From a virus (taxonomy: Duplodnaviria; Heunggongvirae; Uroviricota; Caudoviricetes), in IMG/VR virus record IMGVR_UViG_2721755651_000007: a DNA stretch of 64,000 nt; one strand, 5' to 3'. This document shows positions 38,135 to 49,053 of this stretch, in pieces; the stretch's first letter is position 1; each line of letters begins with the position of its first letter. A program made the position numbers and the translations under genes. The notes below the pieces were generated by a model that made no database searches, was not told the DNA's origin, and was given only the letters and a program-made list of their open reading frames with translations.

Positions 38135-40072
38135 TCAGCCGCCGGACGCACTGCCGTAGTTCACTCCGGTGATCACCGCCACCGCCGCAGTACGGCGACG
38201 ACGCCAGTTGATCCAGCGCTCCGCACGGATGGCCACGCTGCCTGTCTGGAACATGGAAACCAGCTCCACCGGGGACGGCGTGGTACTGTCGCCGCCCGGC
38301 TCAGACTGCATTTCCAGTGATGCCTCGCGGGACATATCCACTGCCACGCCGCCGTCATCCGCCAGATAAATATCCGGGGCATTCACCAGCACCAGCTGGT
38401 CACCCACGTACTGGGAGACAATCACCGGCAGCCCCTGGAAGGAGCCACCCAGCAGGGTCATGTCCGGGTATTCCTTCTGACCCAGCGCATTTTTACGCAT
38501 GGACAGTGCCAGGGCATTGGTGCTGGACATCAGCCAGACCGCACCGGTGGGCTGCAGGTTTGCTGCCACAAACTGTCCAAACGCAGCCTCGGCATCCGCA
38601 TCCGGGTTACCGGTTGATGCCGTGCCCTTCACATCATGGGTGATGGACGCCGGGGAGACATCTGCCACTGCGGCTTTTTTCGGGTCCACAAAGTCTGTAT
38701 CCAGACGCGCCACCACCGCTTCCGCCAGCGCATTACGGACCAGTGCATCAGCAGCCGGACTGGAAAAACGGATCAATTCTTCCGTCAGTACCGCAATGGC
38801 CGACACCTTCGCATGACTGAAGGTGATGGATTCAAAATCAAACTTCGTCAGGGGTTTTGCCTTACCCTCACCCACCCAGCCGGCAGCACCGCCGGACACC
38901 TGGGCGTGCACACGGATATTGAATGGCACCTGACGAAGTGCAGGGATCCCGCCCTGACCAAATCGCCCGATAATGGTCTGCGGACGCAGGTAATCAATAA
39001 AGTCCTGTGCGTATTCCTGATATTCAGACAGGCTGCCTGCCCACTGCGGATCCGTGGTGGTCCCCGCGCCCACTGCCGATTTCAGGACATGATGCAGACG
39101 ACTGTCATCCGGATACTGACGACGGGCCACTTCCAGGGCTTCAGATCGGACGCCTTTAGCCGCAGCCAGCGATTTGGCAAAGCGGGCGAAGCCAATCCCC
39201 TTATCCAGTTTCTGCTCCACACGGATCACCGGCGCAGAAGCCACCGCGGCCACATTCCCGTTACCGGCCTGTTTCACCGGCTGCGCCGTGGCGGCCTTAC
39301 CGGCTTCCAGTTCACGCAGGCGCTTCAGGTGCGCATCCACCTGACGGATTTCCGCTGCGGTGTTGTCGTAATGCTCTTCCTCCTCCACATCCAGCGTGCG
39401 CCCTTCCTCTGCGGCTTTGGTCATGACCTCCTCAAGGGAGGCTGCCAGCGCTGCACGCTTGTTTTCAAAACTTTTAATCTGTTCGCCAATATTCATTATG
39501 GTCTTTTCCTTATGAAAAACGGTTGTTGACTGTGCCGCAGCGCCGGCAGAAGATGCGATTTTCACCACCGGTTTCCGGTTGCCGGACGCGGCAGAAAACG
39601 GGCGGTCGTAAGATTTAATGGTCCGGATGGTGCATTCCGCATTCGCGGGCACGGTGACGGCAGACACCTCCATCAGTTCCCAGCGCAGAAAATGCAGTCC
39701 GCCTCCGTCCAGAAAGGTGTATTCATGGGGACGGAAGCCCACGGACAGCCCCCTGACCAGCCCGGTCTTAATGGCCGCCCAGACCTCATCCAGCCGGGCA
39801 GCCAGTTGCGACGGCATATCCGGTACGGGCTTCACCAGTGTTGCCGTGATTTCCAGCCCTTCGCTGACCCGGCGCACCGTACACTGCCCCACCGGGCGGG
39901 AATGGTCATGCTGCCAGAGAAACGGGATCGCACTGCCAAACTCCGCGCCCTCCGGCTCCAGGATGTCACCATCCCGATCCGGAGAAGGCGTTGACGCAAT
40001 CCCGGTGATCACCCGTTCATCCTCACTGAAGGATTTCACCGTCAGCAGGGAACAGGCCCGTTTAAGAGTCAC
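38135..40072 (-). CDS. prohead protease - scaffold-like linker - HK97-fold major capsid fusion protein
   Basis: N-terminal protease motifs (..WQHDHSRPVG.. ..VTVPAN..), coiled-coil middle, capsid-like C-terminus. Confidence 0.7.
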   Translation of the reverse strand: MTLKRACSLLTVKSFSEDERVITGIASTPSPDRDGDILEPEGAEFGSAIPFLWQHDHSRPVGQCTVRRVSEGLEITATLVKPVPDMPSQLAARLDEVWAAIKTGLVRGLSVGFRPHEYTFLDGGGLHFLRWELMEVSAVTVPANAECTIRTIKSYDRPFSAASGNRKPVVKIASSAGAAAQSTTVFHKEKTIMNIGEQIKSFENKRAALAASLEEVMTKAAEEGRTLDVEEEEHYDNTAAEIRQVDAHLKRLRELEAGKAATAQPVKQAGNGNVAAVASAPVIRVEQKLDKGIGFARFAKSLAAAKGVRSEALEVARRQYPDDSRLHHVLKSAVGAGTTTDPQWAGSLSEYQEYAQDFIDYLRPQTIIGRFGQGGIPALRQVPFNIRVHAQVSGGAAGWVGEGKAKPLTKFDFESITFSHAKVSAIAVLTEELIRFSSPAADALVRNALAEAVVARLDTDFVDPKKAAVADVSPASITHDVKGTASTGNPDADAEAAFGQFVAANLQPTGAVWLMSSTNALALSMRKNALGQKEYPDMTLLGGSFQGLPVIVSQYVGDQLVLVNAPDIYLADDGGVAVDMSREASLEMQSEPGGDSTTPSPVELVSMFQTGSVAIRAERWINWRRRRTAAVAVITGVNYGSASGG

Positions 40073-40135
40073 ATCAGCCTCCTGAAAATAAAAAAACCGC
40101 CGCAGCGGTTCATGATGGTTACAGTGTGAACAGGG

Positions 40136-41797
40136 TTATATGAAAAAAACCGCATATTCTTTCTTTTTCGGTTCCGGGTTAAGGGACATCAGGGAGACCG
40201 CATTGAACAGCGCCATCAGCGGGTCAATTTTTCCCCGTCCACTGGCCTGTTTGGTGATAAGAATGGCGTTACCTTTAGGCTCCACCCGGGCATTGCCGAC
40301 ACACCAGGCCATCAGGGGCTGGTCACCATGCACCAGCACCCCTTCAGCCAGTTTGCGCTCGGTGGTTTTAATGGCCCCGCCCAGTTTCCAGCCCTGGCTT
40401 ATCCCCACCACAATTCCGTCGGGGATCCCGGCTTCCGCCAGTGAATCCAGAATCTGCCCCACCCCTGACGGGTCAATACCGATATGGTCCAGTAACTCAG
40501 CCTCATGAATGCGACGCACATATTCCGCCACTTCCGCCGTGTCATCCCCGACACGCCGGACAATGGTCATATCTCCACAGGCAACAAGATCCTGAAACCG
40601 GGACGCCTCGCTCTTCCGTCGGACCACCGCGGTTTCATGCGCCCAGGCATGGCCCCAGCCCAGCCATTCGCGGGTTTCCCTGTCACGGCCAATCACGTAC
40701 ATTCCCAGCAGATCATCCAGGCCCCCGCCGTCAATCCCCACCGTCACCACATCAGCGCGCTGCAGGATATCGTCCAGGCTGACGCGCCTGCCCTGCTGCT
40801 CCCAGAAATCCGCACCCGCCCAGCGGTCAGAACGCAGGGCAAGACCAATTTCCACATTGGCATGTTTTGACATGAAGCCACGAAATGCTTCCTCACCAGC
40901 CTCCCGGGCTTTACGGTACTCCCGGTACAGAAAAGCCTCATCCACCGAATAACCGAGATTCGGGTTAACCATGGCGAGGTTTTCCATCAGCAGGTGAGCC
41001 CCGCTTTCCACCATTTCAGGAGGATGCTCAAAAATCACCGGCAGAAAGTGCGGATCATGAATTTTGCCGTCACGGACATCCCGGGCGTACTGCAGTTTCT
41101 GTCTGAACACCCCGGCTGGCGGCTCATTCGACTGGGTGGTCGTATACACCACAAACCCTTCCGGGCGGGAGGCAAGGCCGCCTATGGCTTCACGTAACAT
41201 GTCCTCCGCTTTGTACTGCTTGCCAAATAACCACAGTTCATCAATCAGCGTCCCCACGGACTTGATACCGGATACCGTATTCGGATCGGCAGCCACCACC
41301 TTCAGGGTGGTGTCCGTCACCCTGTGGGTGATGGTCCGGATATGTGTCTGCACCTGACAGAGGTCATCCAGATCATCGTCCCGTCGTACCATATCCCTGG
41401 CAGGGTTGAAGGCGTTAGCCGCCACCTCCACGGTCGGGGCCAGAATGGTGTAGCCCGCCGCCTGCCGCCAGTTCAGTAACAGCGCCGTCATCATGATCCC
41501 GGCAGCCAGCGTGGACTTGCTGTTTTTCTTGGGGATAAGGATAAAAACTTCCTTGATATGGCGTACACCGGTCTGCGCATCGTAGGAGCCAAACAGGGCC
41601 GCCACCAGGTCAAACACCCACTGTGCGCAGGACTCCCCGAACGTCGGGCTGCCCGGTGCATCCACAATCCGCAGTTGTTTAAAAATCGCCAGGGCATGTG
41701 CGGCCTGCTCCGGATAAATCGGAGCCGGAATAATCGACAGCCCCTTTTTCAGGCGCTCTGCCCAGTCCGGGCAGGCCGTGCTCCACACAGGTATCAT
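40136..41797 (-). CDS. terminase large subunit
   Basis: 553 aa; ATPase Walker A-like ..IPKKNSKST.. and nuclease half. Confidence 0.9.
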   Translation of the reverse strand: MIPVWSTACPDWAERLKKGLSIIPAPIYPEQAAHALAIFKQLRIVDAPGSPTFGESCAQWVFDLVAALFGSYDAQTGVRHIKEVFILIPKKNSKSTLAAGIMMTALLLNWRQAAGYTILAPTVEVAANAFNPARDMVRRDDDLDDLCQVQTHIRTITHRVTDTTLKVVAADPNTVSGIKSVGTLIDELWLFGKQYKAEDMLREAIGGLASRPEGFVVYTTTQSNEPPAGVFRQKLQYARDVRDGKIHDPHFLPVIFEHPPEMVESGAHLLMENLAMVNPNLGYSVDEAFLYREYRKAREAGEEAFRGFMSKHANVEIGLALRSDRWAGADFWEQQGRRVSLDDILQRADVVTVGIDGGGLDDLLGMYVIGRDRETREWLGWGHAWAHETAVVRRKSEASRFQDLVACGDMTIVRRVGDDTAEVAEYVRRIHEAELLDHIGIDPSGVGQILDSLAEAGIPDGIVVGISQGWKLGGAIKTTERKLAEGVLVHGDQPLMAWCVGNARVEPKGNAILITKQASGRGKIDPLMALFNAVSLMSLNPEPKKKEYAVFFI

Positions 41798-42357
41798 CCG
41801 TTGCCCTCATTATCATTATTCACCACCAGGCGGGGTGGTGGTGGCACCGCAAAACGGTTAGCCGCTTTTTTCGCCGCGTCACCTTTTGCCGATTTTTTAC
41901 CGGCATCCCCTTTTTTGTGGTGCGTGAACTGCGCCAGCTTATAAGCCGCATCCAGCGCCAGCCTGGGGTCGGTATTAATGTTCTCCACCAGAAGACGCCC
42001 CATCGCTTTCACCGGATCGGGAAGACCGTCCTCCATATACTCAATACCAGGAGATATCACCACGGGCGGTGGCATCTCCGGATTTGTTTCGTCCGGCTGT
42101 GGTATTGCAGCCGCCTCACGGCGACGGGGTTTATCCTCCTGCTCTGATTTTTTCTGCCGGTAAACAGGAACCTCATCCACCTCCACCGTCTCGCATTGTT
42201 TACGGGCTATAAACGCAAGCACCTCAGGATCTTTTGCCAGCTGCGAGCCTTTAACCCTGGCGGTCTTCGCCGAATAACCGGCGGCAATGGCTGACGCTGT
42301 TTTGTTTTTCCCGGACATGAGCGCCAGCGCAAATTTTCGTTTTTGCGTTGTCAGCAC
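41794..42357 (-). CDS. terminase small subunit
   Basis: N-terminal HTH ..GKNKTASAIAAGYSAKTARVKGSQL..; overlaps terL start. Confidence 0.7.
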   Translation of the reverse strand: MLTTQKRKFALALMSGKNKTASAIAAGYSAKTARVKGSQLAKDPEVLAFIARKQCETVEVDEVPVYRQKKSEQEDKPRRREAAAIPQPDETNPEMPPPVVISPGIEYMEDGLPDPVKAMGRLLVENINTDPRLALDAAYKLAQFTHHKKGDAGKKSAKGDAAKKAANRFAVPPPPRLVVNNDNEGNG

Positions 42358-42359
42358 AG

Positions 42360-42650
42360 CCTCCTCCCGGGTCCAGAACGCACTCAGCCGGGTATGGTTC
42401 AGCCCATTTTTCCCGGCATCTCATGCCGCAAATGTTAACTGCTGCCTGGTTAACATTTGCTGAAAAAGCCAGTTAACATTTTTTCCGCACAACAAACTGA
42501 ATAATAAAGATAAAAACCGCAAAAATGCCCGGACAGCCAGTTAACATGTTAACTGCCCTGAAACGGGAATTTTTTCTCTGCGTGAGAGGGGGCGCGGTGT
42601 CCGGAGCGATCGTTTTTTTCGCCGGATGATCCCCCCCCCGGGGCGGGTCA
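42360..42650. promoter_or_regulatory. candidate cos / terminase-binding region
   Basis: five GTTAAC-containing repeats (CAGTTAACAT-like) upstream of terS plus poly-C/G tract; adjacent HNH gene. Confidence 0.35.
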
Positions 42651-43013
42651 CAGTCCGATGATATCGTCTGCCCTGCCATGACCTCCGGACACCTCCGGCA
42701 GCGTCGGGTCCGGCATACCACCCGCCGCTTCACGAGCAGACTTTTGTCGATGGCATTCGGTACAGAGCGTCCAGAGATTCGTCTCCTCATTACCACCACC
42801 GAACTGAAGTGCAATTCGGTGATCGAGTTCACTGTCACAGAGGTCAACCACACGACCACAGAGACAGCACTGCCCGGCATCCCTGAGCCAGATATGACGC
42901 TTGAGGGAAACACGTGCACTGCCACTGACACGACGCTGTTCACCCTTCAGAATATTCACCCGCCGGGTGTTCAGAGTTTTGATTCTGCCCGGTAACGTAC
43001 GAAGCACAGCCAT
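42648..43013 (-). CDS. HNH endonuclease
   Basis: ..CCLCGRVVDLCDSELDHRIA....NLWTLCTECHRQK.. Confidence 0.8.
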   Translation of the reverse strand: MAVLRTLPGRIKTLNTRRVNILKGEQRRVSGSARVSLKRHIWLRDAGQCCLCGRVVDLCDSELDHRIALQFGGGNEETNLWTLCTECHRQKSAREAAGGMPDPTLPEVSGGHGRADDIIGL

Positions 43014-43054
43014 GTAAAATCCTCGCCATATAGCTTGTCACCAGAGGAAAGAAA

Positions 43055-43282
43055 ATGTCATCGAAAAACCGGCCCCGCAGAACAACAACCCGCAACATCC
43101 GATTTCCAAACCAGATGATTGAACAAATTAACATCGCTCTTGACCAGAAAGGTTCAGAAAATTTTTCTGCGTGGGTCATTGAATCTTGCCGCCGGGAGCT
43201 GGCAGCAGACATAAAATATGCCCGTCAGTTGACTATAAAAAAGAATGATACACAGTATGCTCTGCGATGGCTGTTCATATAA
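43055..43282 (+). CDS. ribbon-helix-helix (Arc/CopG-like) DNA-binding protein
   Basis: N-terminal beta-strand pattern ..RNIRFPNQMIEQINIAL.. Confidence 0.45.
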   Translation: MSSKNRPRRTTTRNIRFPNQMIEQINIALDQKGSENFSAWVIESCRRELAADIKYARQLTIKKNDTQYALRWLFI

Positions 43283-43644
43283 CTATTTCTTTATATTGCT
43301 GAATTTATAAAAACTCACAGACATTAGCTGTATTAATTCCGAATTGAAATAATCAGCCATATAGAATAAAAATAAAGCATAACAATAATAATCTTCTACC
43401 CAATCAGTACATTACTGCTGTGACTCCAACACGGCAGTTTTTTTATTGAACAGATTCCAGTTTCTTCCACCATCGCACCGGACGGGCGACCATGAGGGGA
43501 GAACGCCGCGCTCCGTTTACGCGGTAAACCCCGGTGTGTATCGTTTTTGATTATCCCCGCACACTCTCGCAGAGGAGTCTCCCTGTCGGGCTGCGGTCTC
43601 TGTTAATGCAGGAATACGGCGACGATACGGCGCATCAGCAAAAC

Positions 43645-44112
43645 TTAGTTCAGGCACTGAGTGCGGATATAGTCCTGTGCCCCTTCCAGCTGCTTCTGCA
43701 TTGTCATCAACCGTTCTCTGAGGATGAAATAATCCCGTTCAGCGGTGTCTGCCAGTCGGGGGCCGGTTGCATTATCCACGCCGGAGGTGCCGGTGGCTTC
43801 ACGCACGGTACCGGAGCAGGTGGCGTTGATCCGCAGGCGCTTACGACCAGCGGCAACATCAGCACGCAGAGTTTCATTTTCAGCTCTCGCATCGGCTAAC
43901 TCCCTCGAGTATTTTGCATCGAGCGCAGCAACATCACGCTGGCGCACCTGCATGTCAGTAATGGTGGCATTCGCCTGTTCCAGCTCTCTGGCTTTTTTAT
44001 CGCGCTGCGCTTTGTAGGTGAGCGCGTTGTCACGGTAATGGTTTGTTGCCAGCCACAGCGCACCATAGCCAACCGCCAGGACAATAATCACCACACACAG
44101 AACACGGTTCAT
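43645..44112 (-). CDS. Rz: Rz-like i-spanin
   Basis: N-terminal TM, coiled-coil periplasmic domain, embedded Rz1 frame. Confidence 0.8.
   Translation of the reverse strand: MNRVLCVVIIVLAVGYGALWLATNHYRDNALTYKAQRDKKARELEQANATITDMQVRQRDVAALDAKYSRELADARAENETLRADVAAGRKRLRINATCSGTVREATGTSGVDNATGPRLADTAERDYFILRERLMTMQKQLEGAQDYIRTQCLN
43707..43877 (-). CDS. Rz1: Rz1-like o-spanin lipoprotein (embedded in Rz)
   Basis: lipobox ..LVVSAC.., Pro-rich mature part; +1 frame inside Rz. Confidence 0.7.
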   Translation of the reverse strand: MKLCVLMLPLVVSACGSTPPAPVPCVKPPAPPAWIMQPAPDWQTPLNGIISSSENG

Positions 44113-44265
44113 CTCTCTTTCACCCCACCAGTCCCGATAACGTCAGGACTCGCCAGGCGGTGGAAAAGAAAATGGCAACCAGCATGACTAAAAATGAAAT
44201 GCCGACAAGTACACAGAGGCTCTTCACCAGCGTTATGAGTTTATCTGATATCATTAGCCACCCCA

Positions 44266-44835
44266 TCAATCCGCCTTTGTTATTTTCCCTTTGCCTGTAT
44301 CAGCCAGGACAAAATCAATCAGCATATTCGCTTCATTTACCAGCGTACGGATTTTTGATACATGCGCGGCTTTAACCTGTTTCCACTCATTCAGCCCGGT
44401 AGCAAACACACTGGCAATGTTTTTATCCCGTTTCATGTCAGCACAAGCCTGGTTGAGTTCTTCCATCACGCTCATTTTACGGGGATTAACGACAAAACCC
44501 TTCGTCCAGTACTCGTAAAGAACATCGTCGCACTCTTCCTGATACCGGATGACCTTATCGCGGATTTCGGGTTTTACTTTGTTGGGATTAATGGTTTGTA
44601 GCCAGCCGGCAAGTTTTCGAAGTGGCATGGACACCATATTGCGTTGTTTCCCATCCTCAGCAACCATAACGATTTCCGTTATAGTTGACGCAAAACGCTG
44701 TCTTAACTTAGCCAACTGTGATTGCCAGGCCAGCCCCATCCCCGCAACGACAGGTTTCATGGGAACGTATGGTTCGCCATTATGGTTAACTACATAAAGA
44801 GAGTTGCCGTGAAACGGCACGGCCATCATATTCAT
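44266..44835 (-). CDS. ant: antirepressor (Ant-like)
   Basis: 189 aa between endolysin and Rz; AntA-like N-terminal region. Confidence 0.55.
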   Translation of the reverse strand: MNMMAVPFHGNSLYVVNHNGEPYVPMKPVVAGMGLAWQSQLAKLRQRFASTITEIVMVAEDGKQRNMVSMPLRKLAGWLQTINPNKVKPEIRDKVIRYQEECDDVLYEYWTKGFVVNPRKMSVMEELNQACADMKRDKNIASVFATGLNEWKQVKAAHVSKIRTLVNEANMLIDFVLADTGKGKITKAD

Positions 44836-45105
44836 CGGTTATTTCCTTTTAGTGATGAACCTTGTCTCACAGGAATCCAGCCCACAGAAAGGCACCGACA
44901 GCCAAACCGGTATCCTCAAGGGTCATCCTGAAAGGTTCTGTGTTGTGAGATGCGCGTGAGATGCGCAGAAATGACAAAGGCATCATTACGGTGCCTGAGT
45001 GTTAAACAACTGTTTTGACTTTATTCACTTACATTTTGCCAATTTGCAGGATTTCGTGTTATCCGTCCATGTAAGCAAACCTCATTTTTCAGCAAAATAT
45101 TCTGC

Positions 45106-45639
45106 TTATCTGTCGATTCCCCAGCACGCCAGCGCGCTCTCCTGGTCACGACGGGATACCTGACCGTAACAGTTATTTGAGCGAATACGGCAGTCCCTGC
45201 CACCGTCCTTAATCCACCAGCGAATCGCTTCGCAGGCACCTTTTCGATCTCCTGCATTAATCCGTCTGTAAAACGTCGACGGGAAACACTTACCGGGGCC
45301 AATGTTGTACGGACAGAATGACGCGATCCCCGCTTTCTGGGGTTCGGTCAGCGGCACTCTGATGTTTTTCTCCACCCATGCCAGCGCCTTATCACGCTCA
45401 ATGGCGTTAACCCGGTCGCATTTTTCCTTCGACAGCTTCATGCCAGGAATAACAGGCTTACCATCCCCCCGGGTGGCTCCACGGCAGATGGTCCAGATAC
45501 CCGCACCATCACGGTATGCTGTGGTGTGGTTACCTTCCTTTTCATCCAGAAACTGGTCGAGGATTTCAGGCGCAGACGCCCCTGCACCAATCAGCGCCAG
45601 AACGGCAGCCGACAGGCCGTATCTGATTTTTGCGTTCAT
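45106..45639 (-). CDS. R: SAR endolysin (T4-lysozyme-type, GH24)
   Basis: N-terminal signal-anchor-release segment ..GLSAAVLALIGAGAS..; lysozyme catalytic region. Confidence 0.85.
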   Translation of the reverse strand: MNAKIRYGLSAAVLALIGAGASAPEILDQFLDEKEGNHTTAYRDGAGIWTICRGATRGDGKPVIPGMKLSKEKCDRVNAIERDKALAWVEKNIRVPLTEPQKAGIASFCPYNIGPGKCFPSTFYRRINAGDRKGACEAIRWWIKDGGRDCRIRSNNCYGQVSRRDQESALACWGIDR

Positions 45640-45689
45640 GGATATTTATCAGGGTTTATCGATTTCAAATCCCTGGATATGTTAAGTCT

Positions 45690-46034
45690 TCAGGCCAGCG
45701 GTGGAGTCTTCAGAGAACCCGTAATTATTCCCGGTAGTTTTCCTCTGTAGGTTATCAACACATCCTGCGCCTCTAAAATTACGGGGCGCTTTTCCGGCAA
45801 CGGACCATCCCCTTCACATAACCCGGCAGCAACATCCATGAAAAACTGCTTCGCCTGCTTTTTCGCCTCAGCTTCGTAAAACTCCAGCGTGGCACCTTCA
45901 GTACGGTCAAGACTAATCGCCACATCTGGCAACAACAGTGACGGATACCCACCAATTTCCGGTGCCACAGTAACAGTAATCTTATCCGGGTAATTATTTA
46001 TCCCTTTAACAACCAGTTCGTATTTTTTCTTCAT
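45690..46034 (-). CDS. hypothetical protein between holin and endolysin
   Basis: 114 aa soluble protein; SD GGGGAG; unusual position inside lysis cassette. Confidence 0.4.
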   Translation of the reverse strand: MKKKYELVVKGINNYPDKITVTVAPEIGGYPSLLLPDVAISLDRTEGATLEFYEAEAKKQAKQFFMDVAAGLCEGDGPLPEKRPVILEAQDVLITYRGKLPGIITGSLKTPPLA

Positions 46035-46038
46035 CACT

Positions 46039-46254
46039 TTACTCTCCCCGCGCCGCCTTACGCCGGTCTTCTTTAATCTTGAAATACAGGTTCGTCAGAT
46101 ATGTCAGCAGCCCAAACAGCAGACTCCCCAGCACGCCTATCGCCACCCACTGGGACGGAGAGACTTTGTCCAGCAGCTGCAGTAACCAGTATCCCGTCCC
46201 CACCGCTGACGTGGTGTATGACACACCCGTTGTGATTTTTTCCATCTGGTACAT
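46039..46254 (-). CDS. S: pinholin (phage 21 S-like class II holin)
   Basis: ..[50 protein letters not shown] matches S21-type; dual-start MYQMEK. Confidence 0.8.
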   Translation of the reverse strand: MYQMEKITTGVSYTTSAVGTGYWLLQLLDKVSPSQWVAIGVLGSLLFGLLTYLTNLYFKIKEDRRKAARGE

Positions 46255-46403
46255 ACCCCGTCTCCCGTTATCCGGAAGCTGACAACAATAAAAAAGCCAC
46301 CAGTTAACTACTGATGGCTCTGATAACTCATGCAGGCGTCTCAGACGACCCACTGACACTACCGGTGAGTTTAACGATACCTTCCATTTGACTGGCTCAC
46401 TTT

Positions 46404-48257
46404 TTATGATGATGCCGGTGCATTTATCTCCAGCACCAGACTTTCTATCTCAACGCCATACGCTGCATTTTTTGTAACATCCGTCAGCGTCAGCGCATTC
46501 AGTCCCAGTGTCAGACTGTCTTTTATAACCTGGAATGCCGGGCCAGCCACTCCATTCAGTTTCGGAGTAACCGTGGCACTGCCGGCGGTGAACACCAGCT
46601 CCAGCGTCTGCCAGTCGTTACCGTAATCGCCGAACTCCCCCAGCTTCGTGTTTCCGGCTTTCCTGTGATGCATCAGATTCACTCTGCCGTCAGTGGTCTG
46701 AGTGAAGTACGACATCAGGAACGGATTACCGGTACCCGTCATCGCCACACCATCAGGAACGGGAGCATCCGTATACAGATAAATCCCCAGCCCGAACTGA
46801 TTGTTGGTCAGTGCGCCTGACAGGCGGAACTTACAGGTCAGTCTGCCGCCCTGTGTCAGCAGGGTAATTGCGTCATCCACCGGATGCGTCAGGGACCAGG
46901 TTTTATTGCTCTGCCTGGTGATCTTAAATACACCATCTGACAACTGAATTCCGCCATCCTTAATGCTCCAGCCCTGCGCAGCAGCCTCTCCGGCTGCCGG
47001 CAGCAGGGAGATTGTGCGAACGGACGTATCTGCAGACGGACCCGATGGCGTGTTGCCGCCGGGCGAGGGTTTGATTTCCGGTGCCTTACCACTGATGAAG
47101 GCTGAGGTGCGCCCGGCTGCGTTCAGAATAGCGGTTGCCATACGATCCGGAATAATGCTCCTGCGCGCCCATGAACTGAAATGTGTCGGGCGGTTTGATG
47201 ATACCTGGTTTCCATTCGTTCTCGATGCCGCACCGTAATATCCTGATGCCGGAATATCCGGATCTTCTGCCGGCGCGTTAGTGGCGGTATTGACGCCGTT
47301 ACCGTCTGTCATGAAGGGCACAAAATAAACGCCCTCACTCTCCCTGTTTTTGTACGCCCCGTAAATGGTGTTGTACTGGGTGCCGTAGGTATTTTTCCAG
47401 TAATACGTCGTGTCACCACAAATCCACGGCACATCTGCAGCACTGCCACCATGGCACTGCGCGTTAAACACGGAGAGGTCAGCACGAAACTGTGCCAGCA
47501 TGGCTGTAAACAGCGCAGGTTGCTGTGCGTGGGTGGCGGCGCTCATGTCAAACTCTCCCTGCATCCAGCACACCGCCAGCAACACATTTTTCGGGTTCTT
47601 CTGTAATGCAGCTTTAGTGCGCGCAATCAGGTCCTGATATAACGGTTTACCCACACCCCAGCGCGCCGAATCCTGGCTGGCCCCCGCGTCCGCACTGAAT
47701 GTCCCCTCCGCGCCCTGGGTGAATGCCGAACCACCACGACAGCATGGTACCAGCAGGATCCCCGCGTTATTCGGGATATACGGAAGCAGTTTTTTGGCAA
47801 TATGTAAGCCCTGGCCGACACAGCCGTACTGCCCTTTGCTCAGGTCTGCCTTCGGATGATTCAGCGTACTCATATCCTGCACATCATGCAGGCAGTGGTC
47901 GGCCGGAATAATATCGTTATATCTGCAGGCAGCCCCACCCGGCGTAACTGTACTGCGGCGCGCCAGCTGTTTAATGCGCGGATCCGGAGCATCGTATGAA
48001 TCCGGCAGCGGAAGCCCTTCACCGTAAGCCATGGCATTGGACTGCCCGGCCAGTACGATGACGTAGTACCAATCCGGCTCAGTTGCACCACTGACCACCA
48101 CATCACCTTCTGCTGTAATCACCTGCATCAGGGTATAAGGGGTTATGGCCACCGGACTACCAAACGGCTGCCAGCCCTCTTTCAGTTTGTGTGTCAGCTT
48201 TTCCGCAAGGTCTGACGGCGACGCCGCCCTGACAACATCATAATGTTTAAATGTCAT
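46404..48257 (-). CDS. NanS-p-like sialate O-acetylesterase with C-terminal carbohydrate-binding region
   Basis: MTFKHYDVV.. N-terminal domain, SGNH/SASA-like core; location is the nanS-p slot of Stx-type phages. Confidence 0.7.
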   Translation of the reverse strand: MTFKHYDVVRAASPSDLAEKLTHKLKEGWQPFGSPVAITPYTLMQVITAEGDVVVSGATEPDWYYVIVLAGQSNAMAYGEGLPLPDSYDAPDPRIKQLARRSTVTPGGAACRYNDIIPADHCLHDVQDMSTLNHPKADLSKGQYGCVGQGLHIAKKLLPYIPNNAGILLVPCCRGGSAFTQGAEGTFSADAGASQDSARWGVGKPLYQDLIARTKAALQKNPKNVLLAVCWMQGEFDMSAATHAQQPALFTAMLAQFRADLSVFNAQCHGGSAADVPWICGDTTYYWKNTYGTQYNTIYGAYKNRESEGVYFVPFMTDGNGVNTATNAPAEDPDIPASGYYGAASRTNGNQVSSNRPTHFSSWARRSIIPDRMATAILNAAGRTSAFISGKAPEIKPSPGGNTPSGPSADTSVRTISLLPAAGEAAAQGWSIKDGGIQLSDGVFKITRQSNKTWSLTHPVDDAITLLTQGGRLTCKFRLSGALTNNQFGLGIYLYTDAPVPDGVAMTGTGNPFLMSYFTQTTDGRVNLMHHRKAGNTKLGEFGDYGNDWQTLELVFTAGSATVTPKLNGVAGPAFQVIKDSLTLGLNALTLTDVTKNAAYGVEIESLVLEINAPASS

Positions 48258-48780
48258 TATTCCTCCCCTTTCCGGGATTTTCCTCAACAGTTGCGGGCCA
48301 CGGTCCGGCCACAAGGAGAATCAAAAGAGGAGAACCGCAGCCCGCAAAACGAAAAAGGCCGCGCAGTTGCGCAGCCTTATAAACCCTGGTTAAAATCCAC
48401 ACGATAAAAATGACAATGCAAGTATCTCATGCTGTTGCCCGAACCCACTCGGGCTTTTTTTTGCATGTAAAAAGGCTCCTGCGATGAGAAGCCTGGATAT
48501 ATGCCTAATCTCTGTATACAGCATGATGCCGGGTGCCTCCCGGTGAATTCTGCAATGACCAGACAGAATCCGCAACTTGCCTATACAATACGCAACCAAA
48601 CATCTGTCATTATGCCCCGCCGCTCAGGGGGATTCATCATGCAGGATTTTTTTAACAAACGCTCAGCATGTCAGGCAACAGTCAACTGCCTGAATTGTGA
48701 GGCATTTAACATTTCACTGTCCGGTGTCTTTCCTGTAATAAAAAGCCCGCAAAAGAGAGTCAGGGCAGATAAGTGTGGTG

Positions 48781-48857
48781 TGGTGCGTTGTACTGGATTC
48801 GAACCAGTGACCGATTGCTTAGAAGGCAATTGCTCTGTCCGGCTGAGCTAACAACGC
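48781..48857 (-). tRNA. argO: tRNA-Arg (anticodon UCU)
   Basis: 77-nt cloverleaf, anticodon loop CUUCUAA, CCA end. Confidence 0.9.
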
Positions 48858-48937
48858 AGAATACCGATAATGGACCGCCACCGGGGACTCCGAATCTCGC
48901 ACAGGGTGACGTTCTTTCCTGATGAGCTAGTGGCGGT
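48858..48937 (-). other. degenerate tRNA-like remnant (argN-position)
   Basis: 7-bp acceptor-like helix and CCA but only about 67 nt and no canonical anticodon or T arm. Confidence 0.3.
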
Positions 48938-49013
48938 TGGTGGCCCTTGCTGGATTTGAACCAGCGACCTGGCGATTATGAGTCGCTCGCTCTCACCGCT
49001 GAGCTAAAGGGCC
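48938..49013 (-). tRNA. ileZ: tRNA-Ile2 (anticodon CAU, ileX-like)
   Basis: 76-nt cloverleaf, anticodon loop CUCAUAA, CCA end. Confidence 0.85.
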
Positions 49014-49053
49014 GATTGCTGAATAATAACGACGCATGATTAACTCCGCAATC

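Noticed and set aside
44160-44375. Plus-strand 71-aa ORF between Rz and ant
   Set aside because: Antisense to the ant 3' end and to the minus-strand 48-codon ORF; no start context.
48258-48780. Expected Shiga toxin genes between tRNAs and nanS-p
   Set aside because: Only about 520 bp with hairpins and no ORF of suitable size on either strand.
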